A stretch of 63,851 bases of DNA, filler included, from Octopus bimaculoides (lineage: Eukaryota), in NCBI RefSeq assembly GCF_001194135.2. It is 4 parts of 3 records of this genome, joined end to end, with 100 filler letters (N's around TTAATTAATTAA, not from the genome) between each part and the next. Parts side by side here need not be neighbours in the genome. Positions count along the whole stretch, not along the records: positions 1 to 24,210 come from NC_068987.1; positions 24,311 to 44,727 come from NC_068993.1; 2 more parts are not named here. One strand, given 5' to 3'. This document shows, in pieces, positions 13,273 to 26,375 of this stretch; position 1 is the stretch's first letter; each line of letters begins with the position of its first letter. The position numbers and the translations under genes were made by a program. The notes beneath the pieces are model-generated. The model was not told where the DNA came from and made no database searches. It saw nothing but the letters and a program-made list of their open reading frames with translations.

Positions 13273-13765
13273 AGGCAGCGAGTTGGCAAATATGTTAGCA
13301 CGCCGGGCGAAATGCTTAGCGGTATTTCGTCTGCCGTTACGTCCTGAGTTCAAATTCCGCCGAGGTCTACTTTGCCTTTCATCCTTTCGGTGTCGATAAA
13401 TTAAGTACCAGTTACGCACTGGGGTCGATGTAATCAACTTAATCCCTTTGTCTGTCCTTGTTTGTCCCCTCTATGTTTAGCACCTTGTGGGCAATAAAGA
13501 AATATGAAACGCTAGCACGCGGGCGAAATGCTTAGTGATATTTCGTCTGTATTTATATTCTGTCTGTATGTTCTGAGTTCTGTCTGTCTTTACCTTCTGA
13601 GTTCTGCCTGTCTTTACGTTCTGAGTTCAAATCCCGCCGGGGTCGACTTAGCCTTAGCCTTTCATCCTTTCGGGCTCGATAAATTAAGTAGTAGTTGCGT
13701 ATTGGGGTCGATCTAATCGACTGCCCCCCCCCCCCTTCCTCAAAATTTCGGGCCTTGTGTGTAGA
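13273..13765 (+). mobile_element. Head-to-tail pair of tRNA-derived SINEs (family A)
   Basis: GGCAGCGAGTTGGCA...GAGTTCAAATTCCGCCGAGG...CATCCTTTCGG.GTCGATAAATTAAGTA...GGGGTCGAT; the second copy starts at about 13510. Confidence 0.9.
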
Positions 13766-13789
13766 GTAGGATATAAAGAGTCAGTCACG

Positions 13790-14400
13790 CCTATCTTCTT
13801 TCCTATCGTGGCTTGAACTCCGCTCCAAGTTTTAATATCTTTTACGTTTCGGGTTGAATTCCCGTATTTCAGTTCTGTTCCGTTTTTTTTCTAATGCTAG
13901 AACGTGTAGTTGTAAATTGTTTGGGCTTTGGTACCTCAAACGTATCGTACAATACTTCCATAAGGATTTCATTTCTCGTCACTGTTTTTTCCGTGATTCG
14001 TTTCTTAAGCTGGTTAAGATGTCCTTTGTATTCGATATTTTGCTTCTTTACCAATCCGTGTTAACGATCCTTTCTATTGGTTTCGTACCAAAACAAAGAT
14101 TTAAACATCCAGCTCAAACTTCGAACAAGTCACCACTTTTATATCCTTGTGTTGGATGTATAATATAAAGAAAGCGGGGTGGGGAAGAAAGGGGTGCGGG
14201 AAGAAAGGGGTGGGGGAATAAATGGGCGGGGGAAGAAAGTATATGCACTAGTATTATATTACACAAGACTCAACGCTCTATATAAAAGGCTCACAGTGAA
14301 CTGCTACGGCACGAATTGCCAAACATTCACATTTCTTAAATTTAAAACAATGAATCAGTTCACCGTTAGTCACTTGGTTGGTGGCCAGAATACTTTCAGT
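13790..14400 (-). mobile_element. Second copy of the putative PLE 5' region
   Basis: Homology to 12690-13230; remnant reading frame ending ..KILKLGAEFKP, which resembles PLE N-terminal LxLGxxFxP. Confidence 0.45.
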
Positions 14401-14606
14401 GTATATAGATCCCAACTCATCCCAACTCTGTCATGTCTGTGAATATATTCCTTCTTAGCTATGACTTGGCAGCCATTGACGTTATCGTTTATTGTTTCTT
14501 GTGCAACTCCACATATTCTACAGTTACTTATGTTTCTTTTCATTATATGTTTTTGATAATTTCTGGTAGGGAGGCTCTGGCCTTGTTCCGCAAATAAAAG
14601 CAATTG

Positions 14607-14607
<1 letters not shown>
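14400..14607 (-). mobile_element. R4/Dong-like LINE fragment (pre-RLE zinc knuckle)
   Basis: AEQGQSLPTRNYQKHIMK..CRICGVAQETIN..GCQVIAKKEY..RHDRV; abuts (TTA)n at 14608-14667. Confidence 0.85.
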
Positions 14608-14667
<60 letters not shown>

Positions 14668-15129
14668 CAGAAAATCCGCCCTCTGGGTGGTTTTGTTCTT
14701 GGATCTGTATTGCACATATTGATATTTTATATACATATGCATATGATATATATTTTATAAAGTAAATTGACAATATGCAATGAATTGAACAAAAACTCTG
14801 TTATAGTTTATTCTATAATTAGTAAAATAATCCATGATACATTTAAAAAAGACGATATTGAAAACTGGAAATGTGTTGAGACTGTCAAGGGAAAATGTTC
14901 ATATATATTCACTTGAGTGAATTTGAAAATAGATGCGCTGGTAAGAATTAATGAATCATAGTTAACAATCTGAAGAGTTGAGTTTCGCTATGTTGTTTTT
15001 TACTATATTCACTTATATACTTCTTAAGAGTTTCTAACGTCCCTTTCCTTGCAATTAAAAAGAAATTCGAATACATTTGAATTAACAGACAGTAACGATT
15101 ATTTCACATCACTTTAGAATTTCTTTCTA

Positions 15130-17260
15130 TTTTTATATTTTCTTTTCTTGATGCTCATGATAATGCGACATACACCTGACCATGTGCAAAGAAATGTGTT
15201 GGTAGATATACATTTTCAAATGTCTGCCCTTTTATTTTGTTGCATGTAAAGACGAAGTCGGGTTTGACAGGAAATTGCTTGCGAGTAAAAGAGAAAGGCA
15301 CTCAAGCTCTTGATATATTTGAGGTATCTTTGGGATAAGCAACCTGGTTCCAGCATTGGGCCCCAAAGCCACTTCAACTTCAATCACATGATTTTGTAAG
15401 CTGATGATGATATATTGCGTACCGTTTCAACGTCCGTTTAGAGAATCCAGAAGCATGATGCAAATGCCTTTCTTAGGTTTAAGAATCAGTGTTAGGAAGC
15501 CTGATGGGGTAAGTTTGTTGATGAACTCGGGTTCATTATCTACTGTATCAGGGCTTTTGTGAATACTTTCATGACCAATGAACTTTGCTGAGCATGAATT
15601 CTTTGACTAATCTTACTGCTTCATTTGTTGGAGTGATAACGACTATTTGCAAGCCGTAGTGGGTTTGAATAGTTTCTTTGAAGATTTGTATATACAAATC
15701 ACACAATCCAGATAGATCACCATATTCCAGACATAGTTTATTTGGCAAAGGAATTGTACAGTCGGATTCCTTTATTTGGCAAAGGAATCGTACAATCAGA
15801 ATGTTAGCCTTTTCTATATCAAGTTCACATGAAGGTGCAAGTTGATTCAGCAGTCACATTGAGAAGAATCTTGCATTTGGAATGAAGAGTTCTACCTCTG
15901 TGAAGTGAAGTGGTTGCTATTCCAGATATGGCATTTTCAAGTGCAATCTTTTTTTGAGATCGAATGTAATTTACTATGATGTTGATGACGTAGGAATTTC
16001 TTGTACCTGCACTTGCATTCAAACAAAATAATTCTACTTTAATTTCAATTTACTGAGGTAATGACTGTGAAAAACAACCACTTGCTCAGGGTTCAATTTT
16101 GACAAAACATTTATGTTTGTTTGCAGTTGTTTCGTATTGAAATAATTTTCTCCCATAAGAGCCTTATTGAGTTCTGGTGTAGCAACAATAGTCGGGTCTG
16201 GCCGAGGAAGTCCATAGTTGACATGGAAGTCCAATCCCTCATTTTAAAGGCTTTCTTGGATCTTCCATAGAACGCTTTGCTCTGCACGCTTTGCTCTGCA
16301 CGCTTTGCTCTGCACGCTTTGCTCTGCACGCTTTGCTCTGCACGCTTTGCTCTGCACGCTTTGCTATGCACGCTTTGCTCTGCACGCTTTGGTCTGCACG
16401 CTTTGCTCTGACATGACTTGCTCATGACGTTCATGCAGGATATCCTCAGCAACGCAATTCTTCCATTTCTCACAGAAATACAGATGATCATTTGGCATGC
16501 AGTAGAATAAGATGGTGCAGAAGATCTCTAACAGCTGATGTTCATATGTAATGGATAAGACTTCTTCCAAAGCGGTGTCTTCCTCTCCATCTTCATTCAA
16601 TTGACCTAGTTTCCTGTATGCCTCTTGGAATGCTGGAAATTCAATTCCATCAATTGTGTTCAAATGCTGTATGAATTTGACCCTGCATTGTGCTGTAACA
16701 TCATTCTTAGGTAATACAATGGATGTCTGTTAAGGGATATTGTCGGAATGTGCCCAAGAGATTGACCCATAGGTTGTCCATCGCTATACAGATGCTCCCT
16801 TTTTTTCTTTACCACTTTTTTCGTCCAAGTAAAATATTTTGGTATAATGATATACAATAAGTTCTTTAACTGGGGATTTGAGGAAATTTATAAATTCTCC
16901 AGAATACTTCCCTGGCTGAGATTTACCATGCATTAATAGGTTTCAAACTTATTTTGGGCATGGACACAATAACATTGATCATCCTTGATAGAGAAAATGA
17001 TCTTGTCTGATCCTTTCGTGATGTATTTATATAAATACTTAACAGCCTTGTCGCTGTGGAGAACCTCACAATGGATGTAGTACTGAGATCTCGATGACAG
17101 GAATGGGTTATATAGAACAATCCAACGATTATCAACGGTAAATTCTTAAACTGTAAACTGGATTATATGGGTAGGACCACCATGCTGTCTATCCCACTTT
17201 TCAAATTCAAGAAATGAATTTTCGGCAACTAATGTGGCTTGCCTGAATGCCTTAGGATAA
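15130..17260 (-). mobile_element. Helitron Rep/Helicase remnant
   Basis: Rep end DNRWIVLYNP..KAVKYLYKYITKGSD; YYLRMMLQH; TIDG..FQEAYRKLG; decayed PIF1 motif I region NASAGTRNSYVIN..ISGIATTSL.RGRTLHSK; C-terminal FAHGQVYVALS. Stops and deletions. Confidence 0.9.
16273..16412. repeat. 14-bp minisatellite (CGCTTTGCTCTGCA) x ~10
   Basis: Counted directly, with three variant units; lies inside the Helitron coding region. Confidence 0.95.
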
Positions 17261-17329
17261 CGTTTAGAGCAGTGGCGTTGTTGTCCTAGCCATTCCTTCT
17301 CCTCTTCCTACAACTACTAACGATAATAA

Positions 17330-17665
17330 TAGGTTTTTTATAAATTTGGCGCAAGGCAATTCGATTATATGGACCGCAGTTCATGACAATTAATTTGTTA
17401 TCGATCCCGAAATATCGAAAGGCATATCACGCTTCAGTGTTATTTGAACACAGAATATAAAGATCCGTACGAAATGCAGTTAAGCACATTATCCAACGGC
17501 CTAACAGTGCTTTCAAATTGGTATCAATAATTTTAAGGGAAGATGTTTGGTCAATTACATCGACTCTAGTTTCGAACCGATAATTATATGATCGACTTCA
17601 AAAGGATGAAAGGATAAAATTGAACTCGGCGGAATTTGAACTCAGAACGAATCTGCCAGTTCGGT
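17330..17665 (-). mobile_element. Two degraded family A SINE copies
   Basis: CAAAAGGATGAAAGG...CTCGGCGGAATTTGAACTCAGAACG at about 17600-17650, plus a more decayed copy upstream. Confidence 0.6.
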
Positions 17666-18050
17666 GTACTAATTTGATAATAAGAAATTATATTTTTAAT
17701 TTAAGCCAGTGATTTTGAGTGGAACGGTTTGGTTCATAACATGGACCATACAGAATAAATAAATGCATAAATAAAATAAATAAAAACGATGAAATAAATA
17801 AATAAACTCCCAGCGTTCTGCGTCCGTGAAGATGGAAGGTAATTAGCAACCTTACTGCCTACAAGAATAATAAATCAATTGAATATCGTTCTAGGATCTC
17901 TGAAACCTGATAGCTTTAGGTACATACATACATACATACATACATTCATACATTCAATCAATCATCCATTCATTCATTCATTTATCCACTCATACAAACA
18001 TATATACTTATATACACATATATCTATATAACTGTCTATCTATCTATCTA

Positions 18051-18106
<56 letters not shown>

Positions 18107-18649
18107 TGTTATACGTGCATGTGCGGTCGTGTTTGTATAAAACCAAGCACACTATATACAACATGCATGTATATATTTGACGTGCAATAAAGTTAGTTTT
18201 CCCACACATTCCGGAATTCGGCCTCACTAGCATGCACATGCCACATATAATCTATGCTGCTAATGATCACCTTCGTGGGTGGATTTTCTATTTGAGAAAG
18301 ATATTTTCGTTAACGGTTTTATATTATTCATTTGCTTTATCTCATTTCCGTTGTTATTTATTTTAAAATGATATGTCATACCTTTCTGAATTATAGCGCC
18401 ATTGATTGTAGTTTACCTTGTTTGACAGTACTTCCAATGATTGAAGTAACTAGCTGTGTTTGCAAGCTTTGCATTTATAAGCTTTAATGACGTTAGTTGC
18501 AAATTGTGATTGTTAACTTTATATGGGAATAGATTTTATTATGAAACTAAATACGAATAGTTATACATAGTAATTTAGGTCAATATTATAATCATTTTGA
18601 ATAGCGGAATATAAACGAAATATTACGAAAGTTAAGAATTATTCAGTAT

Positions 18650-19270
18650 GTGAATTGAAAGTTAAAGTTGTAGGACTTCAAACAGATGACAAAATTTTGA
18701 AAGAAATGAGTGTAGTTATAATTTGTATTTCTTGGTCGTGTATATATCTTTACTTCGTTGGCTCCGCCTGCATACACAGTAGAAAAATGCGGATACGAAG
18801 AATAGGTCATCTCTTCCGTTTTCCGACGCAAAAGAAAAAATGTGTGGCCGTAATATAATTGAAATATTGGCTAAATAGATATCACGCTTCCCTACATTAA
18901 CAGCAAGCCTTAGTTGACTTAAAACAAGATCAACATGGAACACAGCTGATCATAATAATTTGAGAAACTCTGCTAATGACTGTCTTTTAGCAGTAGTGAA
19001 ACTAGTGGCTTCGGTGAGATTTATAACAATAGGAACAGCAACAATACTAACGGTGAGGTGGCCTGCAACTTTAACGTTAGGCAATTATCAAAGATTAATA
19101 GCAAACTGATAAGTGTCGTGTATGAACGGACACCCGTGGTCATCAACGTCACGATAGAAAAAGTGAAGCATTCCGAAAAATTTATACAGGGTAACAATAG
19201 CAATCAATGTCCTTACAATACTATGAACAAGAGTGATAAATATGAAGACATATTCGTAACCATGTAAGGA
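18650..19270 (+). mobile_element. piggyBac-like transposase fossil
   Basis: Ordered remnants across frames: AYT(G), GRNI, VRWP, FNV..L.KINS and QCPY. These resemble piggyBac YTG / GRN.T.DN / RRWP / N.LD...INA / C-terminal Cys domain. Confidence 0.4.
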
Positions 19271-20172
19271 ATAGTTCATAAAATTACTTTTATGCTCAAT
19301 GATTTTTTTTTTTTTTGAGAACAATTTTATGGAATCAGCGGTTATGTTTGATTTAATTTAAAACAGATATCAAAACGGCAGACTGTCAGCACAGACAGTT
19401 AGTATTTTCTTGGAATGGTCTAGCCGTCTCAGCGGCCTTGATAATACTGAATAATGGTTTTGTATGTTATGAATGGCGTCATCAGTCATATTTTTTTTTT
19501 TACAAATACCGAGAAATTCTTGGAAATGTTTTCAACGCACAAGTATGGAAAAAAGGTAATATAATGTAAGAGAATTTTCTGATATTCTAAAGCAAAGGCT
19601 ATTCAAGGAGGCAACAAAAACAATTTAATTTGAAATGAGACATACGTAACCAGGGCCTTATATATTTGTCGCTTAACAGTATGGAACTATAGAATAAAAC
19701 AATACACTATTCCAATTTTCGTGGTAATTGATGATGAAAGTAATTGTTGAAACAGAGGAACGAAGAGATATGTAATCGATTGTATCGACATTATCTGTTT
19801 AATTGTACCATGTTTCTAATCAACCACATATTGGAGAATGACAATTATCTCGAGTGGAAACTGACCTCAAAAGTGTAAGGGACGCATTTAAACACTACAA
19901 TATAATAAAATGTATTTAGGTACCCTAAGTATTGTTAGTCTACAGCAACTTCAATAGGTGGATATGAATAACATATTTAATAGCCTTTATATGGGGAATA
20001 GGTCTATCAACAAACAGAATATCTATCCGTCTGTTCACCTCACTTCCAATTGTTCAATCAGCGACATGAAAGAAATCGGATCTCGTTTTATTACTAATAT
20101 CATATAACGTGACAATTTATTGACAAAACGATGCCATGGGATAAGTATAATAGCTAATGTGACACCGACTTA

Positions 20173-20241
<69 letters not shown>

Positions 20242-20626
20242 GTCTGCCCGTCCGTCTGTCTATTTGTCTGTCTACATACATATATATACATATATATAAA
20301 TGTGCATGTGTGTCTGTGTCTATTCATGTGTTGGCTTGTGTGCGTGCGTTTTTCTGCTATGTTTCATATATAAACTGAGGCAGAGTATTTATGAAGAAGC
20401 AGGTATATTTATTCAAGATAACGATAGTAGCTATACGTTGAAAAACACATGATTTATATGCATTGTAACTCTTCGCTCCGACATTCGAACCTCCGAATAC
20501 TATAATGACAACTTACTGTTTGTTCTAAATTATAACACACACACACGCGCGCGCACACACACACGCGCGCGCACACACACACACNNNNNNNNNNATATAT
20601 ATATATATGTATATATTTATATACAA

Positions 20627-20673
<47 letters not shown>

Positions 20674-20705
20674 AACATACACATGTTTACACAAGCACAC
20701 ACACA

Positions 20706-21510
20706 CTAGTAATACATCTCAGCGTTTCCCGGGTGTTATGATATACAGCCGATTTTGCCCAGAAATCACGTTTTCAAAATTTAAGTTTCCCCAACTGCTA
20801 TTTCTTAATTTGTAACATTCTTACGGATTTTTTCTTTTGTCCATGTAAAAAAATAGATAGATTACGCATCTGGGTAATGTATATGAATTTTCTTAAGTTT
20901 AATTTTTCTTAAAGAAACACTCAATGCACCTTCCTTCACCTCGAATACCCATCACCTTCCCCTTTCAAAAAGTTAAAACCACCCAATGCTTCACTTTCAT
21001 CTGATGTTTCACGCATGCGTAGAATTGTACTGAAATAACAGGCATAACAAATATTAGAGCACCACCAGAAAACTCGATATGCTGGAAACAACACATAAAC
21101 GACATTATTTCTGAAGAAACTTCCCCGCTTTCCAAAAACCTAAAAATGAATCATTGAGTATCTTTAGATTTTTGAAAACGGTTAAGTAATGGGTGGATAT
21201 TTTATAATCTCCGTAGATTATTAAGAAAAAAAATTGGAAAAATTAAATAATGAAGAAATTGGGATGGGGTGGGAGAAAATTAAAATATTGAGAACATGTT
21301 TTATTTTGGCGAAATCCCAATCTCGTGTATTGAAAACATTGCAATCGGAAGAAATTTAGGAAATAAATCAGGCGGGGTGCGCAAATGTCACCGTGGAATG
21401 CTACAAATAACAGGTAAAGAGTAGGATTTCTGGGTGAACTTCCGTTTAAATTTATATCGAAGATCAGGTTTTTAAATACACTCATCACAAACACGAATTA
21501 CTGGAATAGA
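20706..21510 (-). mobile_element. Putative non-autonomous Helitron
   Basis: The minus-strand 3' end CCCGGGAAACGCTGAG-ATGTATTA-CTAG followed by T matches the Helitron hairpin plus CTAG terminus. The 5' TC boundary at 21510 is uncertain. Confidence 0.5.
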
Positions 21511-21593
21511 AAAAAAGGTGATTTCAATTGAATTTCAGCTGTAATTTTGCGCATGCACAAAGCAAGAAATAACATGATTCATACAGGAGATTT

Positions 21594-21647
<54 letters not shown>

Positions 21648-22364
21648 NNNNNNNNNNNNNNNNNNNNNNNNNNNNNNNNNNNNNNNNNNNNNNNNNNNNN
21701 NNNNNNNNNNNNNNNNNNNNNNNNNNNNNNNNNNNNNNNNNNNNNNNNNNNNNNNNNNNNNNNNNNNNNNNNNNNNNNNNNNNNNNNNNNNNNNNNNNNN
21801 NNNNNNNNNNNNNNNNNNNNNNNNNNNNNNNNNNNNNNNNNNNNNNNNNNNNNNNNNNNNNNNNNNNNNNNNNNNNNNNNNNNNNNNNNNNNNNNNNNNN
21901 NNNNNNNNNNNNNNNNNNNNNNNNNNNNNNNNNNNNNNNNNNNNNNNNNNNNNNNNNNNNNNNNNNNNNNNNNNNNNNNNNNNNNNNNNNNNNNNNNNNN
22001 NNNNNNNNNNNNNNNNNNNNNNNNNNNNNNNNNNNNNNNNNNNNNNNNNNNNNNNNNNNNNNNNNNNNNNNNNNNNNNNNNNNNNNNNNNNNNNNNNNNN
22101 NNNNNNNNNNNNNNNNNNNNNNNNNNNNNNNNNNNNNNNNNNNNNNNNNNNNNNNNNNNNNNNNNNNNNNNNNNNNNNNNNNNNNNNNNNNNNNNNNNNN
22201 NNNNNNNNNNNNNNNNNNNNNNNNNNNNNNNNNNNNNNNNNNNNNNNNNNNNNNNNNNNNNNNNNNNNNNNNNNNNNNNNNNNNNNNNNNNNNNNNNNNN
22301 NNNNNNNNNNNNNNNNNNNNNNNNNNNNNNNNNNNNNNNNNNNNNNNNNNNNNNNNNNNNNNNN

Positions 22365-22426
<62 letters not shown>

Positions 22427-22603
22427 ATGTGTGTAGGTAAGTGTTTCTAATATATATTTGGCCATGTTCTTGCATATGTGCGCGCGTTTGTAAATAAATG
22501 TTTCTCTCTTTATATGTAATATGCGTATATATGCATGTATATATACATACACATACACTCAGACACATACACACACACTCAGACACATACACACATATAT
22601 ATG

Positions 22604-22983
22604 CAGTGATCCTTCGACTACTGTAATGTTTATTTTTTTATCATTTTTATAATTTGTATATATTTATTTTATCATAAATGCAAAACAATACCACACATTC
22701 GCCTCCTGAGTTGCGTTTTCCATACAGTATGGGCGATTCTTTGTTTACTCATCTACGGTACACTGCATATTTTCTTTTAATATATTTTAGTTAATGTGTT
22801 ACATAGTGCAATACAGTACTCTTTCCTTATTTATTAATTTATTAATTTTTAGGCGTAAAAATGCTTATTGTACCACAGAAATAATTAAAATCTAAAAATA
22901 TATATAAATACCTGTCGGATGTAAAGGCCCGCGATATTATTGTGTGCTCGATAGGTGAACCGTGATATGGTGATGAATTAGTG
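22604..22983. mobile_element. pogo/Tigger-like MITE
   Basis: Left CAGTGATCCTTCGACTA; right GATAGGTGAACCGTGATATGG..ATTAGTG, related to 8395-8438. TIRs are degenerate. Confidence 0.4.
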
Positions 22984-23757
22984 AATGTATATATATATAT
23001 ATATATGCGTGTGTGTGCATGTATGTGTGTATAACTATAGATATTTGGATATGTCTGTAAGAATGTATATGTATATGCGTATATGTGTATATATGGATTC
23101 ATGAATATGTATTAATGTATGTGTACGTATATATATATTGCTTCATACCACAAATAATACGGTTATCAGTTGCATGAAGTAAAAGTCGGAGGTGGACGGG
23201 ATAAACTATCTGCATCAACTTGTTACAAAGCATTTAGCAATTTTACCTTGTACTTATTCTTACTGTAGGTTTAGAAGAATGCAGGGAAAAGAATATTTCG
23301 ACAAAAGAATTTGATAAGCTCAGAAAGATTTGCTGACTGAAATCGAAAAAAAGAAAAAAATAATAATAAAAAGTAAAAAACGTAGGATCTGTAAACCGTT
23401 AAAATATCATGAATATAGGTGCACTTGCAATGATCAAAAGAGGAACTGAAAATTATTTAGATATCATTCTGGCTTACCATTCGTGAGGTGCAAAAGATTG
23501 TCTTAACTGGTACGTCACACGAATGAGGATCATTGTCGCAGTGAATTCTCTTTCTCGTTTCCCCTTTATGTTCTTTATATTGATATTTTTTTTTTTTTTT
23601 TTACTTTTCATCTCTGTCGTTCTTCCTCATTTTCTCTATCACAAGATCTTGAAAATGGGGTGTTTATTTGAATGGCCTACCAATGTATTCAGTGCGTTTC
23701 TCTGCACTAGATATCAGGAGTATGCACGGCAAGAAATGGAAACAAAATTGAAAGAAG

Positions 23758-23822
<65 letters not shown>

Positions 23823-24210
23823 CACAGAATAGCTCTGGGCTAAATAAAAACATGGACGTATACTAAGATTCTCACTCCACAAAACAAACTTAATCCAATA
23901 ACACCGGTGCAACATAAGGAAGAGCAAGGAAATATATAAAGTCAAAGAATTTATAAAACTCTTTGCAACGAAGGAACTAATGAAATTACGAATATACGAC
24001 AAATTTAACACCAAATAACTTCTAAAGTACGAAATTTGGTAAAAAAAAAAGAAAAAAAAAAGGAGTAAATCGTGTTATACATGGGAAATTCTACTAGTAT
24101 TCGAAGTTTAAAACTGCTTAGTTAGAAAAATTTATAAAAATCTGTAATTGAGATGGAATAGATCCATATATGATTAAATAAATAAATATATATATATATA
24201 TATATATATA

Positions 24211-24310
24211 NNNNNNNNNNNNNNNNNNNNNNNNNNNNNNNNNNNNNNNNNNNNTTAATTAATTAANNNNNNNNNNNNNNNNNNNNNNNNNNNNNNNNNN
24301 NNNNNNNNNN
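24211..24310. other. Artificial 100-bp scaffolding linker N44-TTAATTAATTAA-N44
   Basis: The identical structure occurs at 44728-44827 and 59451-59550; the 12-mer has stop codons in all six frames. Confidence 0.95.
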
Positions 24311-24421
24311 ATGACAATAGGTATTGTTTTAGTCTTCAGATTCTACATTTTGCTAATTTCTATTTCAGGATCTTTATATTTGCTCAGTTTATGGTAGGTC
24401 TTGACAGATACGTTTATTATT

Positions 24422-24493
<72 letters not shown>

Positions 24494-24496
24494 GTA

Positions 24497-25095
24497 CAGC
24501 TTCTAACGCTGGAGATGTATTACAATGTCAGCTGTTCACTACCAGTGAACTAAGGTAACACTTCTTATTTTTCGAGCACCTTCCGGAGTATACGATCGAT
24601 TCCAAGCAGTTGTAGTTTCTGCAAGTGCTCCTCCCTTATTGCAGCCCCTATTGGTTCCACGTACTTCTCGAGATTTTTATTCACTGTTACTAGGACTCCG
24701 ACAATTATTGGTGCTATTGCTACCTTTTTCATCGACCACAACTGCTTAACTTCCCAATATAATCTGTCATGTCTTTCGACTTTTCTTTCTTCCTTGTCGC
24801 ATACCTTGTCAGCTGGGCATGCTATATCTATAATCCAGCTTAGTTTATTTTCTTTCTCAATTAAGACTATGTCCGGCTTACTATTCACTATCTCATGATT
24901 GCACTGAATCATAAAATCCCACAGGATCTTTGCATTTCCATTTTCGATGATGCCTTCAGGTTGTGTGGTTGTACTAATTTTTTGCTCTGTCAAGTCCATA
25001 CTGGTTGCAAAGTATTCAATGGACAAGCCTGGTTATATATTGTCGTGGCGTCTCTTATATTCCTTCTGGGCTAGTGGCGTACATTGGCTGGTAAA
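24497..25095 (-). mobile_element. R4/Dong-like LINE 3' end with restriction-like endonuclease
   Basis: ORF 24565-25026: KILWDF.IQC...KPDIVLIEK..IIDIACP..EERKVERH...PIIVG..LLG..RILRKVL (PD-(D/E)xK RLE). A short 3' UTR is followed by the (AAT)n tail at 24418-24493; short (ATT)n lies at the 5' junction. Confidence 0.92.
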
Positions 25096-25225
25096 ATTAT
25101 TATTATTATTGTGTTGTATTTTTTTCTTCTATTTGTCGCCGAGTTGTTTCCGTATACCTAAGGCAGAGAGGCTCATTCTATGCATTCCCAGTTTACACAC
25201 GCAAATTTTAATATTATTATTACTA

Positions 25226-25283
<58 letters not shown>

Positions 25284-25366
25284 CATTATTATTATTATTG
25301 TTGTTGCTGTTGTTGTTATTATTATTATTATTATTATCATTATTGTTATTTTTGTTGAGTGAGAGA

Positions 25367-25892
25367 ACAGCATTTGCTATCAAACTGGGGCAGAATATAC
25401 TCATATATACTCACCATGACTACACGTCTCATAAGAGTACACCAGGCACATGCCTCACAACCAAGCGTGCGTTTCATGGTGATCTCATAACATAAACAGA
25501 GCATGCCCTTGCAATTGGAGCCCAGTTAGAATTTTCTTCAGGTCGAGTAGCCCATTCCGCTCAAATCGTCCCTGAATAAGAGTTTTAAGGATGTTGAACG
25601 AAACCTACATGTTTCTCGTGGTGAATTATTCATAGCCCAGAAAATTCCTCTCAGCACTTGGTTATGATACTCCCTAACTACTTCTGTTTGTGATCAGAGA
25701 TGTACATATCGTCAGCCATTAAGGGACATGCTCAACTGGTTCCGGTCAAACAACAGACAATCAAATTTGTGGTATTAAACAGAATATTTGCTGTATCCCA
25801 TCCTTTATGCCAAGATAAAACACGTATATAATAAAACTTCCACTTATTTAAGAAGCCATGGGAGCCAGTACCTAATATTGCATCAGGACATT
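25367..25892. mobile_element. ~525-bp non-coding dispersed repeat flanked by (TTA)n
   Basis: Partial second copy at 6455-6648; sits between (TTA)n 25210-25350 and TTATTATT. I recall it as an abundant octopus repeat; family identity not verified. Confidence 0.6.
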
Positions 25893-26307
25893 TATTATTT
25901 CCCTGCGCACTTAAGCAGGATATTATAATCACTCGTGTTTGTCTGTCTCTGTGTTTACAAAATTACTGGAGAACGGCTGAAAGCATTTTCCCCGAATTTG
26001 GCGGAAAATCTCTGTAGCTAGGTGGTTCAAGGGATGAAAATTTGGTTTGATTAGCTTTAAAACTTGCTGAAAAATGAATAAAAATGTTTTGACTGTGCAA
26101 ATATTTTGTGAAAGAATTTATGTGCATGCTGGGAATGCATCATTTTTGCATGTTCTCAGCACAAAAATATATTATTAGCATATAAAAACATGTATTATAT
26201 CTACTAAATACTATTTGCCTCTCACCAGATGGAATAATATTTTGTTGATGTTGCTATCACGGAACTGTACACACTATATATATGTATGTGTGTGAGTGTG
26301 TGTGTGT

Positions 26308-26375
<68 letters not shown>

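Noticed and set aside
18706-19267. Second IL-17 or insulin-like secreted gene (MSVVIIC...; CGRNIIEIL; QCPY)
   Set aside because: There is no continuous frame or cystine-knot pattern, and the motifs fit a decayed transposase.
24255-24266. TTAATTAATTAA islands within N runs (also 44772-44783 and 59495-59506) as a conserved motif
   Set aside because: The identical 44N flanks and six-frame stop codons show they are artificial linkers.
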